Positions 17,877 through 24,816 of a stretch of DNA of 26,091 nt are shown here, one piece after another. The position numbers were made by a program, and so were the translations under genes. The notes below the pieces were generated by a model, which saw nothing but the letters and a program-made list of their open reading frames with translations, did not search any database and was not told where the DNA came from. How positions within the stretch are numbered: position 1 is the first letter of the stretch; every line of letters begins with the position of its first letter. Origin of the DNA: a virus (lineage: Duplodnaviria; Caudoviricetes). The DNA lies in IMG/VR virus record IMGVR_UViG_3300042464_000002, positions 1-26,091 of that record. One strand, given 5' to 3'.

Positions 17877-18119
17877 CATTCTGTTACTTCGCCTTTCGGC
17901 TACTGACCACCCTTTCGGATGGCGGGGCAACCTCTTCGGGTCACCCTCTGCGGCTTCTTTGGTTATACCGCAGTTCAGACTATCGCATGGCGAACCTTTT
18001 TCGTTCGCCCCCTCTCATTTAGTCGTTCAGCCTGCTTTCGCTTGGCCCCTGTCACCCGCTTCCGGGCTTCCAAGTCAATTAGAGAGGGTTTATAGACGCC
18101 ATTAGTGAATCGTAGGTTT
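17877..18119 (-). ncRNA. Group I self-splicing intron (243 nt, no homing endonuclease ORF) in the major capsid gene
   Basis: 5' exon ends in U (18120), intron ends in G (17877). P1 AGACGCU(18126-18120)/GGCGUCU(18100-18094) with U.G at the splice site; P10 UUCAC(U)AAU(18109-18101)/AUUGUGAA (exon 2); P3 CCCUCUC(18088-18082)/GAGAGGG(18016-18010); P5 GCCCG-GAAG-CGGGU; P6 GCC/GGC with GC-GAAA-GC; P7 A(C)GACUA(18026-18020)/UAGUCU(17982-17977); P8 GGCGAAC/GUUCGCC; several P9-region hairpins. Confidence 0.93.
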
Positions 18120-19070
18120 AGCGTCTTGGTTGACGGCCTGACGTTCGCCGCCAATCGGAACGAAATTCCGATCTTTGTGCGGGCGGAACATCAGGTACTT
18201 GGTGTTCAGGAACCACATATGGTTGGCGTTACCCGAACCGCTGTTGTAGGTGGACGAACCGATACCACCGTCCAGCACCACGTCGGAGGCCATGCCCGCG
18301 CCGTAATACTTGAGGGAGGCAAAGCCCGCACCCGCCATGCCCGAACCACTCTCGGTAATACGCTGGATCGCCTGAAGCGACTGCAGGTAGAACCGATAAT
18401 AGTTGTTGTCGGCCACGATCAGGTCAGGCTTGTCGGTTCCACGAACCAACTGCACAGCGAGGGCGTCCATGTAGCCCTGAATCGTCGTGCTGGACACAGC
18501 GCCCGCACCACCGCCATCAGCGGCAGCCGAGAACTTCTTGCTCTGCCAGAACGACCACACAGCGCGGTTGATGCCACCGTAGGTGCCCGTGGTCGGATCA
18601 TCCGGCACAGCAGCAGCAAGGCCCGTGAGGTTCTTGCCCGCGTTGCCGGTGCCGTCACCGTACAGGTCACCGCTGATGCGGTTCGCCAACTGCGCCTCGG
18701 CAACTTCCATGCGACCGTCAAGAAGGTCAATGATGGCCTCCTTGCCCGAGTTTTGGATCATTTCCAAACCCGAAATGGTCACGGCGGAAGCGTACTGCGT
18801 GATGGAGAACTGCGCCGACGAAATCGGGCTGTTCTGTCCAACATTCAGCACTTCATAGCCGCTGTACGAGTTGGTGTTGTCGGATGTCGGGTCTGTGTAC
18901 ATCAATTCTTGGAGGATGACGTTTCCTCCCGAAAAAGTACGCACATTCCCTCGGTCTTTTAGCCGACGCAACAACGCATTGTTGTTCGTCACGTTATCAG
19001 CCAACTCACCGCTACGGCTTTGGATTGTGGTAGCAATGATGTCGCTGATACTGGAATTGGCAAATGCCAT
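18120..19070 (-). CDS. Major capsid protein, exon 1 (317 codons; spliced product join(18120..19070,17802..17876) = 341 aa)
   Basis: Follows the scaffold gene with AGGAG RBS; MAFANS...LADNVTNNNALL.RL, SGG..I...L.Y, YGDGTG..GK.LTGL, YGGINR..W.FW motifs of podovirus-type MCPs. Unspliced ORF runs into the intron and stops after KPTIH (18102). Confidence 0.92.
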
Positions 19071-19093
19071 TTTAATGCTCCTATATCAGTTGA

Positions 19094-20092
19094 TTACAAA
19101 CGCGACTCTGTTTCGGAAAAAGCATCCTCCAAGAGTGCGCGACGGTTTGCTGCCTTGGGAGCCGTGTTGGCGCTTGGTGTTGCGCTTCTGACACTCACCG
19201 CTGCTGCACGGGCCGCTTTTGCTGCCCGGTTGTACTCCTTGGCCTGCTTTGCAGCCACTTCGGCCTGTTGGGCCTTGTTGATCTGTTCAAACAGGTCAGG
19301 GTTAAGACGGATCGCCTTGTCGTAAGCCTCATCCAAAGTTTCTGCCATGCCACTCTGTAGGAGTTGAATCATGGTTGGCCGGGCTTCTTCAAAATGATCT
19401 GCTTTTAAAGAAAACTGGTTAATCTCGCCCAACAACTGCTGGTTTTGCTGCATTTCTTGCTGCTGTTTCCAACCCATGACCTCGCCACGGACGTTGTTGA
19501 GTTCGTTTTGCAACTGCCACACCAGCGGATCAACGCTGTTTTGCGGGGCAGCCTGCGGATTTGCGCCCATCGCACCCAAATTGATGCCATAGGACTGCGC
19601 CAACTGCGCAAACAACTGCATTTTCTGTTGCGGCGGGGCAGTGCGCAGCGTGTAGTCAGCCTGCATCAACGCAGACACGGCTTTTTCGGGCGTTAACCCC
19701 ATGCCTTGAATGGTTGGCAGGTACGGCGCAATGGTTTCTTGCATTGTGTCAGCAAACTGCGCCTTGGCAAGCAGCGGTTCCACGCCAGCACGCATCTGTT
19801 CTTCGCGTTGCCATGCGTATTCCTGCATTTTTGGGTCGGCTTTCTGCCAAACGTCGTGATAATCCTTTTTCCATGACGCTGGAGGACGACGCCACACGGG
19901 CGGTTCTGCCTCCTGCACGGGTTCAGCACGTTCTGCAGTGCGTGAGGCAAAGCGCCCCTGCTCGTCACGGCCAATTGCAGACTCTATTGGTTCGCCTTTT
20001 TCGGCAGCCTCAAAGCCCTGCTCCAACATTGCACGCCGATCATCTATTGATTCTTCGCGTGCGGTTTCCATTGCGGGGTTGTTGTTATCCAT
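19094..20092 (-). CDS. Capsid scaffolding protein
   Basis: 332 aa; acidic N-terminus, RDEQGRFA and PPASWKK motifs, Q-rich helices, L.EAYDKA.R, basic/Ala C-terminus; directly upstream of MCP. Confidence 0.8.
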   Translation of the reverse strand: MDNNNPAMETAREESIDDRRAMLEQGFEAAEKGEPIESAIGRDEQGRFASRTAERAEPVQEAEPPVWRRPPASWKKDYHDVWQKADPKMQEYAWQREEQMRAGVEPLLAKAQFADTMQETIAPYLPTIQGMGLTPEKAVSALMQADYTLRTAPPQQKMQLFAQLAQSYGINLGAMGANPQAAPQNSVDPLVWQLQNELNNVRGEVMGWKQQQEMQQNQQLLGEINQFSLKADHFEEARPTMIQLLQSGMAETLDEAYDKAIRLNPDLFEQINKAQQAEVAAKQAKEYNRAAKAARAAAVSVRSATPSANTAPKAANRRALLEDAFSETESRL

Positions 20093-20094
20093 AT

Positions 20095-20442
20095 CTATCC
20101 TCTCCTGTGGGGATTGGTGAAATTGGCGTTCTCCCGCAATTTGCGAATGATTGCGTCGGCTTGGGCGTTGGTGAGGCGATTGTTAACCTCATACTTCAAA
20201 CGCTCAAAGCGGCTCTCATCCACCTTTGGCTTGGCAATGTGCTTGGCGGGGTCGTCGTTGCCTACCTCAATGCAATTGTTTGCCTTAAGGTGGCGTCGGT
20301 GTTCGGATCGGCTGGTAATCATCCTGCCGTCAATCATGGATTGGTACGGTTGGATGTCGGGCATAATGTAATGATAGCCGCCCTTGGAGTCTTTTTTTCG
20401 CTCCACAAATTCGCCGTCAACTAAAACGTAAGTGCGTTTCAT
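20095..20442 (-). CDS. Hypothetical phage protein
   Basis: 115 aa; PDIQPYQSMIDG..ITSRS.HR.HLK.NNCIEVGND motif; ATGA overlap with the portal stop. Confidence 0.7.
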   Translation of the reverse strand: MKRTYVLVDGEFVERKKDSKGGYHYIMPDIQPYQSMIDGRMITSRSEHRRHLKANNCIEVGNDDPAKHIAKPKVDESRFERLKYEVNNRLTNAQADAIIRKLRENANFTNPHRRG

Positions 20443-22457
20443 TGGTTTAGCAACGGCGGGGCAGCCTTGTTCATCTGCGCGATGATAAGGCGCGTTTGGG
20501 CGTCCATGTCAGCCTTGTACTTGGAGGCGGCCTGCTCACTCTGCAGCCGCATAGCCTCCAATTGCGCTTCAAACTGCTGCTTTTGCTGCTCCATCTGCAG
20601 TTTTGTCTGGTTCTTGAGTTGCTCCATCTGCATTTGCTGCTGCAATTTTGCCTGTTGCAACGCCGATTCCATCTGCATACGGCTCTGTTCAACCTGCCCC
20701 TTTTGCTGCAGTTCGGCCTGTTTGCCTTGCGCCTGTTCGTCTGGCTGCTGTTGTTGAGCGGCCTGTTGGAGTTGCTGCAGCGTAGCGTCAATCTGACCCT
20801 CAATCGGGCGTGCGGCCTTGAACGCTTGCATACCAAAACGCAACAGTTCCATCATCATGGGCACCATCTGCGGGCTGGCTTGACCAACCGGCAACGCTTG
20901 GGCGAGGAACCCGCCAAACGCCTGCAGAAACTGCATACGGTCTTGCTTGTTCTGGTTCTCGTCCAGCATCACAAGACTGTCAGCGGCAATGTCCACGCGG
21001 AAGTTACGCAGCGGCTTGTCTCGGAGCAATTCCAACGCCTGCGGAATCAACTGTTGATCGGCTGGCGTCATCTGCTGGGCCGCAGCGTAGGCGAGGATGG
21101 TTTCGGGCTGGTATTTGGTACACATCACCTGCGCTTTTAACCGGATCAACTCCGACGCAAAGAGAGCCACGTCCTCCTGCATCGACCGCAGCCTTAACCC
21201 AGCATATTGTCCTTTGATTTGCTGCGCGGTCGCGGTTTCGCTGGCGTAGGACGCGCCTCGGATGATGTCGCTGATGCCCGTGATTTCGTAGATTTGGCTC
21301 TTGATGTCTTCGCGGGCGCGGTAGCACTGGATGAGGGCGTTGGCGAGGGTGTCGAGCGGAAGGAGGTCAATACTGCCTTTAAGGCCGCCCTTTTCGCTGA
21401 AAGCCATCCATTTATCAACTGGAATAAGCGCATTGTTGTCACCCTCGGTCATCAAGCGTTGCAGTGCAGGTTGGCTGGCGTCGTACACGCCGCGCACACG
21501 CAGCGACTTCACAAGACCGTCAATGCGGTCGGACAGAATATCCAACTCCATTGCTTGATCTTGGTACAGCACAAAGTCTGGGACGGGCACCAGTGTATCG
21601 CTCGTCGTCGTCGCGTACAGCGGGCGCGGGCAAGGGAAGAAACCCTCAACGCCGAGCGGGTCATCGCGTTCGTCGATGATCTCGGGCATCCCCTTGCTAA
21701 ACCAATAGACTTTTTCGGACTCTTTATCCCACAACTCGCAAATCTTGGCGCGGTTGTATAAGCGCTTGTTTTCGTTGTAGGCGTTCAGCGGTTCTGGGCC
21801 TTGATCGAGCGGTATTTTGCGGGCAACTTCTTCGCCAAAACGCTCTACAAGCGCCTCACGGGTCATGTACACCCAGCGCCATACGCAGGTGACTTCTTCC
21901 CAAGTTCGGGCCGTGCTATGCCCAAAATCGCGCCAGTGGACGTAATCCACCGGGGCGCACTCATATTCAATCTTTTCCAACGGCGGCGGAGCGCCCTCGC
22001 CTTGCTCAATGTTTGGCGTGATGCTGACGCCATCATCCTCAAGCCCGATGGGGGCGGTATGCGGCTCGTATCGCAACCATGCCGTACCACGGCCGCCAAG
22101 GAACCTGTCCTCAACGCAATAGTTCATCGTTGCCCGGTAATCGGGGTAATGTTCGATCTCAAAGTCTATGGCGCGTTCAATCAACTGCGAGGCCACACGG
22201 CCAACGGGGTCGTTGTCGCCAAAGCGGCGGCTGATGTCGGCCTTTGGCAGTTTAGCGTAGACGGCGGGGCGCAACGTCTGCACATTGCTCCACAAAATGT
22301 TAAATTTGGCTGATTCAGTAAGCGACTGCCCACGGGTATCGTCGCGGTACCGCTTAATAATCTTTTTAGTACGCGCCGCCCACTTTGCAAACTCGTTGTC
22401 GTACTGCCCAATGATGCGCAGGTAACGATCGAGTTTCGGTTGCACCATTGCGTCCAT
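20439..22457 (-). CDS. Portal protein (start reassigned to ATG 22457, 672 aa)
   Basis: FNILWSNVQTL.PA.Y...P, IYEITGISDIIRG...ETATAQQIK, long Q-rich C-terminal barrel as in P22-type portals; TGATG coupling with the upstream gene at 22457. Confidence 0.88.
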   Translation of the reverse strand: MDAMVQPKLDRYLRIIGQYDNEFAKWAARTKKIIKRYRDDTRGQSLTESAKFNILWSNVQTLRPAVYAKLPKADISRRFGDNDPVGRVASQLIERAIDFEIEHYPDYRATMNYCVEDRFLGGRGTAWLRYEPHTAPIGLEDDGVSITPNIEQGEGAPPPLEKIEYECAPVDYVHWRDFGHSTARTWEEVTCVWRWVYMTREALVERFGEEVARKIPLDQGPEPLNAYNENKRLYNRAKICELWDKESEKVYWFSKGMPEIIDERDDPLGVEGFFPCPRPLYATTTSDTLVPVPDFVLYQDQAMELDILSDRIDGLVKSLRVRGVYDASQPALQRLMTEGDNNALIPVDKWMAFSEKGGLKGSIDLLPLDTLANALIQCYRAREDIKSQIYEITGISDIIRGASYASETATAQQIKGQYAGLRLRSMQEDVALFASELIRLKAQVMCTKYQPETILAYAAAQQMTPADQQLIPQALELLRDKPLRNFRVDIAADSLVMLDENQNKQDRMQFLQAFGGFLAQALPVGQASPQMVPMMMELLRFGMQAFKAARPIEGQIDATLQQLQQAAQQQQPDEQAQGKQAELQQKGQVEQSRMQMESALQQAKLQQQMQMEQLKNQTKLQMEQQKQQFEAQLEAMRLQSEQAASKYKADMDAQTRLIIAQMNKAAPPLLNQ

Positions 22458-22753
22458 CAGTCTTTCCCCTTGTTGCGCTTGCTGATGGCGGCGGCCTTGC
22501 TCTTGGCCTCTGCCTTGCTGCCAGCGCCCCATGCCTTGAGGGCGAGGGCGAGGCGCGTGGGCTTACCGTCCTTCTCCATCGGCCCCGGCATATTACCCAT
22601 CCTTGCGAGGAAAGAGGCTCGGCGTGGGTTGTCGCCAGCCTTTACCGGGGGCTTCAATGTGCCACCCGTCTCGGCTTTGTAAGAGGCGCGGCCAGCGGCA
22701 TTTAAACCACCTTTCGGGTTTTTGCCTGCTTTACGCTGCCACGCTGCGCTCAT
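22457..22753 (-). CDS. Small basic protein (DUF6321-like)
   Basis: 98 aa Lys/Arg/Gly-rich; AWQRK.GKNPKGGLNA.GRASY...RRASF.ARM motif recalled from aquatic phages; family name is tentative. Confidence 0.6.
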   Translation of the reverse strand: MSAAWQRKAGKNPKGGLNAAGRASYKAETGGTLKPPVKAGDNPRRASFLARMGNMPGPMEKDGKPTRLALALKAWGAGSKAEAKSKAAAISKRNKGKD

Positions 22754-22914
22754 TTCTTACCTTTACTCTCGGGTTTAGCGGTCTTGGCAGACTCACGGAA
22801 CGCCTTTGCGGTCGGCGCACCAGCCTCTCCGGGCTTTCGCATCCTCTCGCCGGAGCCAGCCTTGATGCGCTCCTGCTTCGCTAGGATGTTGGCGTAAAGG
22901 CCCGGCTTGTTCAT
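22750..22914 (-). CDS. Small basic protein, 54 aa (not in ORF track)
   Basis: MNKPGLYANILAKQERIKAGSGERMRKPGEAGAPTAKAFRESAKTAKPESKGKK*; ATGA overlaps at both ends fill the gap exactly. Confidence 0.75.
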   Translation of the reverse strand: MNKPGLYANILAKQERIKAGSGERMRKPGEAGAPTAKAFRESAKTAKPESKGKK

Positions 22915-23204
22915 GTGTAAGTGCTAAACAGGCCGACGACGCGGCAGTTGGAGTTACCCGAGCAGGTCGCGGTAATTGCGCCCTTACTTGCCACTTCCAG
23001 CGGGATCACATACGCGCCAGCGGCCTGCGTGGCGGGGATGCGTACCAATTCCGTGCCGTTGTCGCTGACGACAACCGTGGCCTCGGTGTTGCTGGCAACG
23101 TTAACCACGACGCTGTGAATGTACGCGCCCGCAGCACCAAACGTCGTCGTAGAAGTCGCGGCTACCGCAACGTAATTGTTGCGTACTGGACTAATCGCGG
23201 TCAT
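22911..23204 (-). CDS. Hypothetical beta-rich protein (possible minor virion protein)
   Basis: 97 aa Ala/Val/Thr-rich; ATGA overlap with the terL stop. Confidence 0.6.
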   Translation of the reverse strand: MTAISPVRNNYVAVAATSTTTFGAAGAYIHSVVVNVASNTEATVVVSDNGTELVRIPATQAAGAYVIPLEVASKGAITATCSGNSNCRVVGLFSTYT

Positions 23205-24541
23205 ATCCTTGCCCTCCTGCTCGACGTGCGGTCATGCACTGCCCACATATCGTTGAGCGTAACTGTGTTACCCGGCCCGACGATAAGCGGTTTAACCTCT
23301 GCCGCCGGGGTCTTTTCTGCAACTTCCTGCCATGATACACACAACATACGGAAAGCGTCACTAGGGTGGCTAGTCCAATCGTGGCGCGGCGATTGGCGGT
23401 ATGCCTTTTTATCCTCGTCGTACTCGCGCTGATACTGCCGCAGCGCCTCTATGCCCTCTCGGCATTTCTCGGAGTCAAACCACACGCGGGGTAACGTCAT
23501 ACGGACGGCTTGGATGCCTGATTGCACGCCAATGTCGGGTACCACGGCCAGTTTGGCAATGTCCAGATAGGCGGCCAATTGCTCCACGATACTTCTTCCC
23601 GTCTGCAGGCTTTTGGCCCGGGCGTCGTGCGGTAGGTAATGACGGGCGTATTTGTACGGCTTACCCGTAACCACGGCGGCGATGTCATGGATGTCCTCGC
23701 CGCTTACGGCGTAGAAGTCAATGACGCGGATTTCCCCGCGCCCAAGTTGGTAAAACCACACCGCCGTGTCGTCTCTATATCCCAAATCCCAACTGCTATA
23801 CACAGGCAGCCCGGGGTCGTGCGGGACGTGGCAGATACGGCCCTGATCCTGCGCCTCGCGCATCTCCTTGCCGTAAAAAGCGCCGAGAATCGCAGCCTCA
23901 AAACTGCACTCGTACTCCTGTAGGTACTGATCCTCGGCCAACTGCGCTTGGGCGGCACCCAGTTCCCCCGGTGGGAGCAAGCCAGACGTTGAGGCGGGCA
24001 GGCGTAGCAGAAACCAATCATGGGGCAGGCGCTGGGCGGTTTCGTAGATGTCCCAAAACTGATTGCGTCCCTTCGGAGTGCCCCCGAAAACGCACCATCC
24101 GTTTTTATCACTCAAAGCGGGGCGAATTACGTTGCCCCAAACACTCGGTTTCCAGTCTCCATATTCATCAGCGTATACCCCCGAGTAGCCCATTCCGCGC
24201 ATGGCATCGGCGTTGTCAGCCCCGAACAAACGTATTTGTGCGCCGTTAATTAGCGTAATAGTTAATTCTTGCTCGTTTACCGATTGGATGATTGGCTGTG
24301 CGCCGTCCTTAAAATATTGCCAAGCAACGGCCTTGGCCTGCGACCTGTACGGGGCGACGTATGCGAACAAGCCATACGGCCCCTGATACATCGCAGCAGC
24401 GCGGATCATGTCGTTCACGGCGGCGACGGTCTTACCTGCGCGTCTGTGCGCTACGAGGCAAGCCCAGCGTTTAGTGCGCTCATGGAACGGCATGAACGCC
24501 TTGCGTGGGCGGTAGGGCAGGATTATTCGGGAGCCATCCAT
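23201..24541 (-). CDS. terL: Terminase large subunit
   Basis: Walker A AHRRAGKT, Walker B VYADEY, motif III GGTPKG.N, RNase H-like nuclease SWDLGYRDDT and HDWTSHPSDAFR. Confidence 0.95.
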   Translation of the reverse strand: MDGSRIILPYRPRKAFMPFHERTKRWACLVAHRRAGKTVAAVNDMIRAAAMYQGPYGLFAYVAPYRSQAKAVAWQYFKDGAQPIIQSVNEQELTITLINGAQIRLFGADNADAMRGMGYSGVYADEYGDWKPSVWGNVIRPALSDKNGWCVFGGTPKGRNQFWDIYETAQRLPHDWFLLRLPASTSGLLPPGELGAAQAQLAEDQYLQEYECSFEAAILGAFYGKEMREAQDQGRICHVPHDPGLPVYSSWDLGYRDDTAVWFYQLGRGEIRVIDFYAVSGEDIHDIAAVVTGKPYKYARHYLPHDARAKSLQTGRSIVEQLAAYLDIAKLAVVPDIGVQSGIQAVRMTLPRVWFDSEKCREGIEALRQYQREYDEDKKAYRQSPRHDWTSHPSDAFRMLCVSWQEVAEKTPAAEVKPLIVGPGNTVTLNDMWAVHDRTSSRRARI

Positions 24542-24816
24542 CCGATCTGTACCTTGACCGGGCCGTTGTCCTTACCTGTGATCTCTTGGCGGGCGAGTTT
24601 GGGAACGTGATATTCCAGCAGGGTGCTAAAGCACTCAAAGGCAGCCTGCGCTCCCTTCTCTGCTGCGATCTCATCTAACCACCCTTGGAGGCGGTCTGCA
24701 TTGCCGTCCACAAACGCTGCAATGGCCTCTCTGGCCGCCTGCGTGGACTTATTGGGCAAACCCTTTGGTCTACCCGGCCCGCCTTTCTGGCCCTTTTTAA
24801 AAGCACCTGCGTTCAT
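24523..24816 (-). CDS. terS: Terminase small subunit (putative)
   Basis: 97 aa directly upstream of terL; FKKGQ.G.PGRPKG.PNK N-terminus and E(I)TGKDNGPV C-terminus typical of small terminases. Confidence 0.75.
   Translation of the reverse strand: MNAGAFKKGQKGGPGRPKGLPNKSTQAAREAIAAFVDGNADRLQGWLDEIAAEKGAQAAFECFSTLLEYHVPKLARQEITGKDNGPVKVQIGWMAPE

Noticed and set aside
17881-18010. Hairpins after the MCP ORF as rho-independent terminators
   Set aside because: No U-tract follows them on the minus strand; they map to P8/P9 of the intron, and coding exon 2 lies downstream.
17792-18022. 76-aa plus-strand ORF as an intron-encoded endonuclease
   Set aside because: Antisense to the operon, overlaps exon 2, and has no HNH, GIY-YIG or LAGLIDADG motif.
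17877-18119. Stop-codon readthrough, frameshift or intein as the way to join the two MCP parts (insert is 243 nt, a multiple of 3)
   Set aside because: Two in-frame UAA stops within the first ten codons, no intein motifs, and a complete group I fold with correct splice-site nucleotides.
17877-18119. Group II intron or tRNA
   Set aside because: No GUGYG 5' end, AY 3' end or domain V; no cloverleaf or T-loop motif.
22458-22532. ORF-track N-terminal extensions of portal (also 991..1128, 1179..1241 and 15679..15729)
   Set aside because: They overlap upstream genes extensively; internal starts with stop/start coupling or an RBS fit better.
23201-24541. Additional intron or intein in terL or portal
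   Set aside because: Both frames are continuous, of normal length, with motifs in the expected order.
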